The notes beneath the pieces are model-generated. The model was not told the DNA's origin. It did not search any database and saw nothing but the letters and a program-made list of their open reading frames with translations. A DNA stretch of 64,000 bases from Macrostomum lignano (Eukaryota), in assembly GCA_002269645.1 (NCBI GenBank), contig NIVC01000658.1, positions 62,001 through 126,000 on the forward strand. The letters run 5' to 3'. Below are positions 21,897 through 33,503 of this stretch, piece by piece (within the stretch, counting starts at the first letter, position 1; each line of letters begins with the position of its first letter). Position numbers and translations under genes: made by a program.

Positions 21897-23650
21897 GAAA
21901 GCTCAAATCGGCGCTGGAAAGCTCAAATCGGCGCGGGAAAGCTCAAATTGGCGCCGGAAGTCAAATTTGGCGCCAGGATCACCAAATCGGCGCCAGGGAT
22001 CGCCGAATCAGCGCCGGAATGCTGAAAGCCGCTCGAGAAAACCTAAACCAGCGCTAGAGAGCTGAAACCAGCGCTAGAAAGCTCAAATCGGCGCGGGATA
22101 GCTCAAATTGGCGCAGGATAGCTCAAATTGGCGCAGGATAGCTCAAATTGGCGCAGGATAGCTCAAATTGGCGCAGGATAGCTCAAATTGGCGCCGGTCG
22201 GCGCCAGGATCACCGAATCAGCGTCGGAATGCTAAAATCAGCGCCAAAAAGCCCGGACCAGCGCTAGAAAGCTCAAATCGGCGCAGGATAGCTCAAATTG
22301 GCGCGGGAAGTCAAATTTGGCGCCAGGATCACCAAATCGGCGCCAGGATCGCTGAATAAGAGCCGGAATGCTGAAAACAGCGCCAAAAAGCCCGGACCAG
22401 CGTTGGAAAGCTCAAATCGGCGCAAGATAGCTAAAATTGGCGCGTGAAAGCTCAAATTGGCGCCGGAAGTCAAATTTGGCGTCAGGATCACCAAATCGGC
22501 GCCAGTATCGCCAAATCAGCGCTAAAAAGCCCGGACCAGCGCTGGAAAGCTCAAATAGGCGCGGGAAAGCTCAAATTGGCGCCGGAAGTCAAATTTGGCG
22601 CCAGGATCACCAAATCGGCGCCAGGATCGCTGAATCAGCGCCGGAATGCTGAAATCAGCTCAAGAAAACCTAAACCAGCGCTAGAAAGCTCAAATCGGCG
22701 CAGGATAGCTCAAATAGGCGCGGGAAAGCTCAAATTGGCGCCGGAAGTCAAATTTGGCGCCAGGATCACCAAATCGGCGCCAGGATCGCCGAATTAGCGC
22801 CGGAATGCTGAAATTAGCTTGAGAAGACCTTAACTAGCGCTGGAAAGCTCAAATTGGCGCTAAAAAGCCCGGACCAGCGCTGGAAAGCTCAAATAGGCGC
22901 GGGAAAGCTCAAATTGGTGCCGGAAGTCAAATTTGGCGCCAGGGTCACCAAATCGGCGCCAGGATCGCTGAATCAGCGCCGAAATGCTGAAATCAGCTCA
23001 AGCAAACCTAAACCAGCGCTAGAAAGCTCAAATCAGCGCTAGAAAGCGCAAATCGGCGCAGGATAGCTCAAATTGGCGCGGGAAAGCTCAATTTGGCGCC
23101 GAAAGTCAAATTTGGCGCCAGGATCACTAAATCGGCGCGAGGATCGCCAAATCAGCGTTGGAATGCTGAAATCAGCGCCATAAAGCCCGGACCAGCGCTG
23201 GAAAGCTTAACTTGGCGCGGTAAAGCTCAAATTGGCGCCGAAAGTCAAATTTGGCGCCAGGATCGCCGAATCGGCGCCAGGATCATCAAATCGGCGCCAG
23301 GATCGCTGAATCAGCGCCGAAATGCTGAAATCAGCTCAAGAAAACCTAAACCAGCGCTAGAAAGCTCAAATCGGCGCAGGATAGCGCAAATCGGCGCGGG
23401 AAAGCTCAAATTGGCGCCGGAAGTCTAATTTGGCGCCAGGATCACCAAATCGGCGCCAGGATCGCCGAATTAGCGCCGGAATGCTGAAATCAGCTTGAGA
23501 AGACCTTAACTAGCGCTGGAAAGCTCAAATTGGCGCTAGAAAGCTCAAATCGGCGCAGGATAGCTCAAATTGGCGCGGGAAAGCTCAATTTGGCGCCTAA
23601 AGTCAAATTTGGCGCCAGGATCACCAAATCGGCGCCAGGATCCCCAAATC
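21897..23650. repeat. GC-rich degenerate multi-unit satellite (aaagctcaaattggcgc / ggcgccaggatc)
   Basis: 16-20-bp subunits organised in a larger recurring block; source of many repetitive ORFs. Confidence 0.9.
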
Positions 23651-23922
23651 AGCGCTGGAATGTGCCAACGAGCGTAGAAGTGGCAGCATATATCAGCTTG
23701 CTACTTCTGGGCGCCAAGTTTAATATACCGGCGCCAATTTCAGCCTTTGGGCGCCAATTTTAGCGCCCTGGCAAGGTCAATGCATTTAGTTCTCACTCAA
23801 TGGAGCCGAAAAAAAAGTTTTTTTTTCTATTTTGAATTAGTGCCATGTATCTTGACAACCAATGCGAGTCAAGTTCTGGCGTCTGCTTCTCCACAGCCCC
23901 GCAATGGCATATCCTAACCATT

Positions 23923-24017
23923 GTGGGCTGGCCCGCGCTAAGGGAGCCCACCCCACCGTGGGGCGGACCCCGCTAACGGGCTATTTTTAGCGTGGGATGG
24001 GCTCCGCTAACGGGCGG
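23923..24017. repeat. GC-rich dispersed repeat, copy 2 (inverted relative to 13225-13319)
   Basis: gtgggctggccc..acgggctatttttagcgtgggatgggctccgcta matches the reverse complement of copy 1. Confidence 0.8.
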
Positions 24018-24547
24018 CCATAAACTGAGTGGATTGTCTGGCTAGCCCACGGCCGTTAGGTGCAGAGTGGGGTTTATGTGCGTGAGGAGGGGGACGGGCG
24101 CGAGTGTACACTGGGGAAGAGTGGGGTCAGTGTACACTGGGAATAGTGGCCAGTTTGAGGCCTGTTCTGTAGCGTAACTTTAAGTGTTATTCAGAAACAA
24201 AGAAGAGTTAAAAATAGACAACTGAAGATAAACGTCACAAATTGAATAGATTTAAAGCAGCTTATAACTTAATCCGCTGAATAGCTAAAAAAATGTCAGA
24301 TCAGCATAAATGAAATGAATAAGAAAATGAACTGCAAGAATATTAATTAAAAGTTTTTGTTCCGCCTCAGATTTGGCGACTGTGACGACATTTGTAATTA
24401 CAGAACGAGAAGTCAGTCAGCTATTGTGCTGCTTTTATTCATGTTTCAACAGCTGATTTCAGTTCGGGATTTCATACAAAACCTTAATTATATTATATGA
24501 CATCATTTAAAAAAGATGATAGCAGGATGCCGTTGGAGAATGTCCCT

Positions 24548-24925
24548 CCAGCGTCACCCCTGATAACCCTCCAGCGACCTCCTGATAACCCTCCAGCGAC
24601 CTCCTGATAATCCTCCAGCGACACCCCTGAAAAACCTCCAGCGACATCCCTGATAACCCTCCAGCGACACCCCTGATAATCCTCCAGCGACACCCCTGAA
24701 AACCCTCCAGCGACATCCCTGATAACCCTCCAGCGACACCCCTGAAAACCCTCCAGCGACACCCCTGATAACCCTCCAGCGACACCCCTGAAAACCCTCC
24801 AGCGACATCCCTGATAACCCTCCAGCGACACCCCTGAAAACCCTCCAGCGACATCCCTGATAACCCTCCAGCGACACCCCTGAAAACCCTCCAGCGACAC
24901 CCCTGATAACCCTCCAGCGACCTCC
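24548..24925. repeat. 23-bp minisatellite (ccctccagcgacacccctgataa) just 3' of the PPCS stop
   Basis: About 16 copies. Confidence 0.95.
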
Positions 24926-24961
24926 TGCAAAAGCCCAAATAGACGCAGTGAAACAGAAAGA

Positions 24962-25201
24962 TCAATTTTTGAAAAAGTGCTTGCAATGATAATCGGCTAA
25001 AAAGTCAACAATGTCTCCTTCAATCTCGTCTGCCCCGTCTCGGCGCACAGTCCTGCAGTCGCCGCCGCGGCAGTAGAGCCACACAATCTCCCGCCGGCTC
25101 TGCAATAAATTCGCTACAACCACGTGATGCCCGTAATTAGCCAGGGCGCCTTTCGCTTTGCCTTTGAGCAAGCGCTCGTCTGTTTCCAGTTTAAACGTCA
25201 C
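24962..25201 (-). CDS. PPCS: PPCS exon 3
   Basis: gtgcag| VTFKLETD..LANYGHHVVVANLLQSR, stop TGA at 24962-24964. Confidence 0.92.
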   Translation of the reverse strand: MTFKLETDERLLKGKAKGALANYGHHVVVANLLQSRREIVWLYCRGGDCRTVRRDGADEIEGDIVDFLADYHCKHFFKN

Positions 25202-25725
25202 CTGCACGGAAGGTTTTTCGGCCAGTTTAAAATCAATTAGGTCAAGCTGTGCTTTTCTAGGAATTAAACTTCTTTAATCCTTCGAGATAGATTTCCTAAG
25301 AAAAAGCAAAGTTTTATCCCCCAATGGCGATTCCTAAGAAATTTGCTTGGGAGAGCTTTAATGGAAATCAAAGATTTACAGTGAAGTCGCGATTTCTTAG
25401 AAACACAATTTCAAATTCGGTTTTACGTACATTTTACTAGAATGAATAAAAACGAGTATATGTAAAATAACTCTATAAGGCTAATATTTTCTAAGAAACG
25501 CGCCTCCACTGTCTGTTCAAAGAGAAAAAGAAAACATTTCCCAGGCATCATTATCTTTGTGATTTTTTTAACAAAACAAAAAATAAAAATTTTCTAACGT
25601 GTTGTTTTCAATTTTCCAAGAAGCTATAAGTTCATAAACATAAATACTTCAGACAAGTTTGATATCCGCTTCTAAAAAGAACCATCTGGCTCCAATTTTA
25701 AAGACATTTCCAAGAAACCGCTTAC

Positions 25726-26061
25726 CACGAGACTCCCCGGCAGAGTCTCCCTAACCAGGTTGCCCAGCAGTTTCGGCACCAGATGCAGCCGGATGCTGGG
25801 CTCACCAGCCGAGGATTGGATCTTGTGCTCCGGCAGGCTGCCAAACGGCACGTAGAAGTCCGACACGGCGGCGGCCAGGTAGAGCAGGACCCGGCCGGAC
25901 AGGGGTGCCAGCAGTTCGGCCAGCCGGTGCAGCAGGCTGAGGTACTCCTGCACAGTGACATACGGCACCAGCAGCAGGTGATTCGGTCCAGCTAATTGAC
26001 GGTACTCTTTCAATAGACTGGCGATCTCCGGCCGGTAATCGGGTTGGAATGCCACGCCGAC
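25726..26061 (-). CDS. PPCS: PPCS exon 2
   Basis: cgcacag| VGVAFQ..LYLAAAVSDFYVP..HKIQS..LVPKLL |gtaag; 336 nt, phase 0/0. Confidence 0.92.
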
Positions 26062-26164
26062 CTGTGCGGGAGATGGGTGGGTGACCAGACAAACGTAGCA
26101 TAACGCCCCAAAGCCAGCAACAACGGCTCAAAGCCATAGACAACCCCATCACAAAGTCATTGAC

Positions 26165-26398
26165 AACCGAAACAAAGTTATAAACAACAGAAACAAATCC
26201 ATAGACAACCGAAACAAAACCATAGACAACCGAAACAAAACCATAGACAACCGAAACAAAACCATAGACAACCGAAACAAAGCCATAGACAACCGAAACA
26301 AAGCCATAGACAACCGAAACAAAACCATAGACAACCGAAACAAAACCATAGACAACCGAAAAAAGCCATAGACAACCGAAACAAAGCCATAGACAAGC
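26165..26398. repeat. 21-bp minisatellite filling PPCS intron 1
   Basis: ccatagacaaccgaaacaaaa, about 11 copies. Confidence 0.95.
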
Positions 26399-26406
26399 CC
26401 GCCAAC

Positions 26407-26745
26407 CTGACTATCGGGGACCAGCAATCGACCCAGCAGCTGCTCTGCCGGAGGCAGCCGGTGCGCAAACGGCAGCATGGAGCCCTGGCGGTGCAGAAAA
26501 ATGGTCGCATAGCCGCGCCTCAGAAACGCTTCACCAGACAGGGCGCCCCGACTGCCAACGCTGAAATTGTCGATAAAACGCACCGTCTGAGCTTCCAAAG
26601 GCACTTTGGTGCCGCCCGACGTCACCAGGGCAACCCGAGCATCGGCGGGAAGTTGGGAGATGAAAGCGGCCGCGTCTGCTAAGCGGGAATCGTCGGCGGG
26701 AACCGCCGATAGAAACTCAGACAGCTGATCTGTAGGAGGCGGCAT
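26407..26745 (-). CDS. PPCS: Phosphopantothenate--cysteine ligase (PPCS) exon 1
   Basis: [42 protein letters not shown] matches eukaryotic PPCS; ATG 26745, donor CAG|GT at 26407/26406; total about 304 aa. Confidence 0.93.
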
Positions 26746-26956
26746 GAAATCAATGATGATTGATGCTAATTCTGAGGAGAAACCGAAAGAATTAAGTTGA
26801 GCAAAACCTAAGAATATAAAATGTGAGTAAAAAAACCTAGAACTCATACTAGGGTCAGTATGATTAATACCTGTCATAAACTTAACTTTTGGGGATCTTG
26901 CAGACTCTGCACAACACCCGGTCGATCCTGCCTACCCGAAAAAGTACGGACGGAGT

Positions 26957-27018
26957 ACTAATTAGATGACGAGGCATTTAGGCTAAAAAATAAAGATGAG
27001 TTACTCCTGCTGTTTACC
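26957..27018 (-). other. Degenerate 28S rRNA fragment (helix 69 / R2 target region)
   Basis: Minus strand gtaaacagcaggagtaact-catctttattttt-tagcctaaatgcctcgtcatctaattagt versus conserved 28S GTAAACGGCGGGAGTAACT-ATGACTCTCTTAAGG-TAGCCAAATGCCTCGTCATCTAATTAGT. Not an rRNA gene. Confidence 0.75.
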
Positions 27019-28180
27019 TACAATTTTGTAATTTTTTTGTTATAGGTAAGTTCTCAGTTTTGGTAAAAAAGTAAGCTCCACGGCCGGTGTTTGTGCAGAG
27101 ATGAGTCTCTTTGTCGCGAGCTTTTGCTCAGTCTACTTAGCTCTGAGATCTCATCTCCTTATTAAATTCTGATTAGTTCTCAGAAATCTCTTAGACATGT
27201 CAACAAACTATCGCACCTTACAGGAGTTCTGTTCTGTTTTTAATTTTGGCCGAAATTCGTATTCTACTAACATTCTCATTTCTCGAACATCTCTAACTTG
27301 GCTCCTTAGTTTCTACGATTAATTGAAAAGCATTTTTGCTCTGAAAGTTTGTTTCAACTAAAAAAATGGATAATTAAAAGATAAAAGCTTAGCATTAATC
27401 TTTGGCATTGACAGTCACTTCAATTTAAAATTAATTTTACAGCCAACAATAATGAAAGCAAAACAATTCATTTTCATTTGCCACTTCGATCAGGAGTGAG
27501 TCTACAGTTAAGTGCAAAAATTGAGTGCTAGAAAAACAAAATAACACAACCTGACTGATTAAGCACGAAAGCCATGCTGGCTGCAAAACCGCTAAATTCG
27601 AGCTGAGATTGAACATGATTTCTCTATTTGAAAAGGTACTTTGTCCAGAAATAGAATTGTCTCCGAGAATTTGTCAACCATCCTCAGACGAAATTCAATA
27701 TTAATTTGCATAAGAAATTATAGAAATTTAAGCCAATGCAGATTCAAAACTGTAGCTAAAATTGACTTGGATCAATTTTTTTTCTATTTTGCTGCTTCGT
27801 CAAACAGATACTAGAATAACTAATGGTAGAGTTCGCACACAAAAATGCGTTTGTCTACTCTTCGTAAGTAGTAAAGTTAGCAATTTTTGCCTTTACAGTA
27901 GTAGTAAATCTAAAATGCATCAATTTTTACAAGATAAACTTTTTGAAGCTGCTAGTCGCTTCTGGTTTTAAATCAGTATCTTCATTCTTCATCCTGTTTA
28001 ACAAACTCCAGACCGCCTAAGACTCGAAATTACTTAATAAAGAAACCAATTTGAGGCTGAATTTTGTAAGACTCGTAGAAAAGCTTGAAAAATCCCAAAT
28101 TCAGTTCGTGTGCATAGCCAGCAAGAGAGAAAAGAGGTGGCACCCCAGCCCGCAGCCAGGCCAATAAACAGTTTGGCTTT

Positions 28181-28372
28181 CCATTGGCTGAGCTAGATTG
28201 GGCCTGCCCCTAGGCTGAGTTTCGTCTGTCTGACTTTGACCTTATTGCTCTCTAATTGGCTAAGCTAGATTAGGTCTACCCCTAGGCTGAGTTTCGTCCA
28301 TCTTTGACCTCTCTCCTTACTACTCTCTCATTGGCTGAGCTAGATTGGGTCTGCCCCAAGGTTGAGTTTCAT
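28181..28372. repeat. About 75-bp tandem repeat, 3 copies, each with a CCAAT (attgg) box
   Basis: cattggctgagctagattggg..cccctaggctgagtttcgtc repeated. Confidence 0.8.
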
Positions 28373-30550
28373 CTATCTTGTATTCCCATGTATAGCTCAT
28401 CCTGACTAGGATAAGAAAGTCATTACTTAGAACAACAAATTATTCATTGTAGTAGCATATCCATGTAGGATTAATCTTTTTAATTTTGCAATTATCAACA
28501 AAAAGTGTGATAGAAACATGCTTTTATTATTCAAAAAACTTTTCTACATTATTGAATTAGTGCTAAATGCCTAAAAACTTATCTAGTCTAGAACACTAAA
28601 TTGAATGCTAAAATTTTGTTTGCAATGTTAAATTAGTGCTAATATATTGTATATAGTACTAATATTACTGTCTATTCATTTTTGCGACTAGGAAATATGA
28701 CTTTTATCCTAGTGGTATATGTGGAAGGAGCAGGGGCCATCCACTCACCCCTCCTCCTTAATTGCCTAGGGGGATGATGGAGGTTTGTAGTGCAGCAGCT
28801 ACCAGGCTAAGTACCATTTTCTATTCTAAGTTTTATTAGCCTGCCTAAATACCTTTGACCAATTGTCAAGTCAATGAAATAACAACAAATAACTGACAGC
28901 TATATCAAACTATAAAAGCAAAAGGAGTTAGTCTTTCGATTCTCATCTCATTTTATCTCATATTCTAAGCTTACTCTTGATGAACTAAATCTTACTGGCC
29001 TTATTGATTGTATTGTACTAATATTATATTTATACTAACCTCCCAATAGAAAATCCTAGGTATATCATTATCTTATCTTGCTAACAAAAATAGTTTATAA
29101 TGCCAGATTATTATAATTAAAATTAACTAAGAATGTTATAGCCTCTGCCCTCTATGAGTAGATAAGAATTGTGGCAATGCCACTGATTGATACTTATTTA
29201 ACACTTACTATTTTATTTAAAATATGCTAAAAATTATAATTTATTATAGTTTACTTTAATGCAAACATCTTCCAGGGGTGTAGCCAGGAATTTCCTATGG
29301 GGAGAGGGATACATACACCAAGGTGAATATAGGGAGGATATACCAAGGTAAAAGTGCTATGACAGAGTCATATGGTAGCATGTATAGCAACAATTAAAGG
29401 ACAACAAAAAAGTTTTGGTCAGGCTCTTTAGGGGGAATACATCCCCCCTATCCCCCCTCCCTATGCCACTGCCCACTGACATCTTCAAGATCTATTATTT
29501 TGTCTATTATATTAAAATTTAATAGTCTTTCACTATTTGTTAAATATTGTATATTACTAAGTAATTTCAATAAAAATATATCTTTTTAGATATTATCATG
29601 TTTTGGCTACTTAAGGTAACCATAGTTGATAGCATTACAAAAACTCATTAGTATAGTAAATATTAAATAATGTCTAACACAATAAGTGCATTTCTATTTA
29701 AAAACTAGACAACAATAATTAGTAAAAACATCTTGCCAGAATCATACTCATAGCTATATGATCTCCACTAGGCTGGCGCTAAAACAAAGGCTAGAACAAA
29801 ATATGTTTTAGAATTTATTACTAAAAGCTTAGAGTTTTTATATTATTGTTGGCACTGCTAAGTGTGCACTGTGTACAAAATTCCTTAGCTGTCAGCTCTG
29901 CCTCTGAAATCGGACTGCGCTTGAAACAGTCAGGACGATGCATCGTCTGCGCGGGAAGGTAAACTCTTACTCTTTCGCTGTCTGCGCTAAGAGATGGCTC
30001 ACTTTATCTAAAACCTGTACCTTCTGTGCCAAAAAAACGGCTCACCTAACCTAAAATAAGTTAAAAAATTGTAAAATAGATATCCTGCTCTGTGCCATAA
30101 ACTTTGTCTCTACTCTCTAGCTCATAGCTCTAAGTACCTCAGACTCAGAGTAATTTAGGACAAGCTTAGCGCGCTATGTGCGAGTGTAATCGCCAATATG
30201 GCATGGCATCTGATTCGGGCTTGCTTTTACTAGCCTGACATCTCATTCTCAGGACAATAAAATGGCATTGCGTTTCTAAGTAAGTTAGTATTTTAAAAAC
30301 GAGCTATACATTAGTACAGTATAGCAAAAACTTGTAGATAAAAAATAGCTTTTAAATGTTCATATCAACTGCAACGTATAAAAACTAGCAATTATTTTGT
30401 AAATTCTTTAAAATTTAAAGTATTTTGTTACTAGCTTTACTTAAAGCTACGATAATTTCTGGGCAGTGTCACCGGCTTGGCTTTGGTGTTTTAAGAAATG
30501 TCAGCTGGCCCAACGGGAACGCATCTTCCCCTCGGCCCTCTATCTCTAGA

Positions 30551-30664
30551 GCCTAGTATACAGTGACTTAGCATTAAAATCTTACCAATGCCAATGACAA
30601 TAGGCCTAGTATACAGTGACTTAGCATTAAAATCTTACCAATGCCAATGACAATAGGCCTAGTA
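30551..30664. repeat. Exact 53-bp tandem duplication
   Basis: gcctagtatacagtgacttagc..gacaatag twice. Confidence 0.9.
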
Positions 30665-32199
30665 ACTAGTTTGTCTATTATATACATGTATTTTCTTATT
30701 ATTAAATGTTTTTCTATTCTAGTTTAGTTTAATAAATTGGCAATTTTCCTCATTTATTCATTAAGATATAGGCCTAATGTTATTTGTAAGTAAATAAACA
30801 AAAATTAGCAAACAAAGGATTCTCCCTGTTCCTTCTTTTTTATTATAAGAATAGGCCTAGACTAATGAGTTTCATAGAATAGGCCTAGTGCTTTTATTAT
30901 AATACTAGGGCCCAGACTGGCCCTATTTCAGTTTTTTTGGCCTTGGGTTTCATTGTATATCAACATCAATTATGTTTTATAACTTAAATATAAGTCTAGG
31001 GCTCTAGCTAGGCCTTATGATAACATTGAATAATTATAATAGGCTCTATTGTATAGCCTACTATAGGCCTAGCCTAGCCATTTATAGCTAAATCATTTTT
31101 AAATTATTCATTTAAAATAAGCTCTATGCCTACTCTTATAAGCCTATAGTAGGCCTTAATAATATATTTGCTATCTAGTGTCCGATAGAAAATTTTAATA
31201 GAAAGTTTTTTTTGCTTTTATCCAACTTGAAATAAAATAAATTCAATAAAAAAATTGTTTATTTTAATATAGGTCCCTATTAATCCTATAACAATGATAT
31301 CTGCAGGGGGTAGGAGGTTTTTTAGGGAGATGATAGATTAGAGATAGGTCAGTTATTAATTTGTTAGAATAGGATTATATTATTTTTTTTATTGGCTTCC
31401 CAAAATAAGGTTTTTATTATTGCAATAAAATGCAAAAAGGTCTTATTGTCATAATTCCAAAAAGTAGGAAGTAGGTTAGGCCTAGCATTGGCATATATTT
31501 ATAAATTTGGTTTGTGGCATTTCAGAGTGCACTCAGCATGATCTGCACTATGCCCCCTCCCATAAAAATCTTAACATATGTCTTAAGTATGCTACCCCCC
31601 TATTATAGGTTCACCTAAGCCCCATTCTGTCATTTAGTTTTATATTATCCTAATATGATTGTAGACTAGACTTATACTATATATTCTAGTTAAAATATTA
31701 TATACTTTCAAATTTAAAAATATATATTGTCTAATTCTTTTTTATATTAGTAGTAAAACTAAAGAATAAAACTAAGACTAAGTACTAAATAGCCTAGTTA
31801 AATTATTTTTTTGGCTTAATGTTTTTGAATAGTATTAATATATAGATATATGAAACAGAATTTAGATATAGATAGACTAGGCCCTATTTAGTACTTTATT
31901 TAGTAAGTAATAGAAAATCTGTTAATTTATTTATTCTATTTATTCTAAGGGCTCTTTTAATATTTTAATAAAATTTTAAAACAAATAAAAATGGCAAATA
32001 TTTTTTTTACTTTTTCATGATTTATCAGCCTAAAGATGTCTATTACAAGCTTTTCTTTGTAAGTAAATAAAAAATTCAGTAATTTATCATTGCCAATAAA
32101 GTCTGCTTTTTAATGGTTTCCTTAAAAATATTAATTTTTTTGCCTTTTAGTTTGCCAAGAGGCCTTCATAAAATAGGCAATGGTTCTGTATTAAGTCGA

Positions 32200-32217
32200 A
32201 TGTTTTCTGGTTTGATG
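32200..32217 (+). CDS. TXN2: Thioredoxin gene, first coding exon (exon spans 32151-32217; upstream ATG 32180 is out of frame as assembled)
   Basis: ttttag| acceptor at 32150; ATG TTT TCT GGT TTG ATG |gtaagt, phase 0, in frame with exon 32498. Confidence 0.55.
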
Positions 32218-32497
32218 GTAAGTAGTAGTGTAAATACTATTTTATTTTTTAACAAACCTACTTTCTAATAAGTTCTACAAATATCAAAGTTGATATAGTT
32301 ATGTATTATCTTATAGCTAATCTTGTGTGAGCTAGATTACTAGAGTCCTTAACTTGAACTTTTTTGTTTATAGATTAGTCATAAACTTGTTTTAGGTTGG
32401 ACACTCACTTCTGTTTACATTTATTTATTTTTTTATCATCGAGAGACTACTCGCACTACTAACATTAATCAAGTCAATCCTAATTAACATTCCACAG

Positions 32498-33004
32498 AGA
32501 CCAAAAAATGTTCGCATTAGTGCCACAATTGGTGAAGCTCCTAGATCAGCCTTGTCACTTCAGTCGCACAGCTCTGTAACAATGCTGCCAGCTTGCCAAC
32601 TGCAACCTCTTCTACCAGCAACTTTTTCTAATCAGATTCGCTGTCTAACTGCCGGCAGCGACAATGGAAACATAGTTGCTATCCAAGACTTGGAAGATTT
32701 CGATAAGCGAGTTCGCAACGCGGCAGATTCGGTGGCGCTGGTGCAATTTCATGCCACCTGGTGCGCGCCGTGCAAACTGTTGAAGCCCAGATTAGAGAAA
32801 GCTGTTAGACCGAGGCCCAAGCTACTGCTGGCCACTGTTGATGTTGATGATGTACCAGATCTTGCCGAGGAGTTCCGGGTGGCCTCTGTGCCCATGGTGC
32901 TGGCTATGCGCTCCGGCCGGGTTGTTGACAGCTTTGTTGGACTGAAAGAGCCGGAGGCTTTGCAAGACTTTGTGGACGGATTTGCTGAGAAGCAGGGACT
33001 GTGA
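32498..33004 (+). CDS. TXN2: Mitochondrial-type thioredoxin (Trx2-like), WCAPC active site
   Basis: ccacag| acceptor; IQDLEDFDKRV..FHATWCAPCKLLKPRLEK..VDVDDVPDLAEEFRVASVPMVLAM..VDSFVGLKE aligns with TXN2-type sequences; low-acid N-terminal extension ending IRCL. Confidence 0.88.
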   Translation, partial: RPKNVRISATIGEAPRSALSLQSHSSVTMLPACQLQPLLPATFSNQIRCLTAGSDNGNIVAIQDLEDFDKRVRNAADSVALVQFHATWCAPCKLLKPRLEKAVRPRPKLLLATVDVDDVPDLAEEFRVASVPMVLAMRSGRVVDSFVGLKEPEALQDFVDGFAEKQGL

Positions 33005-33097
33005 ATTCGGTGTTTGATGGTGATCTGGAGACCCACCCATTTAATACAGTTTACCAGTTAACAATTATATTTCAGTAGCTTTTAATAACTTTTTGTA

Positions 33098-33503
33098 AAC
33101 TTGTTTGGTAGTGACAATACCAAATTAATAGATAACTGGCTATATGCCACTTTTGCCAATGAGTTTCGGCATTGGCTAGTTTCTGTGTAGAAACTATCAA
33201 GCAACTTGTCTGGTAGTGACAATACCAAATTAATAGATAACTGGCTATATGCCACTTTTGCCAATGAGTTTCGGCATTGGCTAGTTTCTGTGTAGAAACT
33301 ATCAAGCAACTTGTCTGGTAGTCAGGTAGTGACAATACCAAATTAATAGATAACTGGCTATATGCCACTTTTGCCAATGAGTTTCGGCATTGGCTAGTTT
33401 CTGTGTAGAAACTATCAAGCAACTTGTCTGGTAGTGACAATACCAAATTAATAGATAACTGGCTATATGCCACCTTTGCCAATGAGTTTCGGCATTGGCT
33501 AGT
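33098..33503. repeat. 104-bp tandem repeat, 4 copies
   Basis: ggtagtgacaataccaaattaatagataactggc..gaaactatcaagc repeated. Confidence 0.95.

Noticed and set aside
26900-27060. rRNA gene or R2 element
   Set aside because: Only about 60 nt match 28S; no flanking rDNA, R2 ORF or poly(A) junction.
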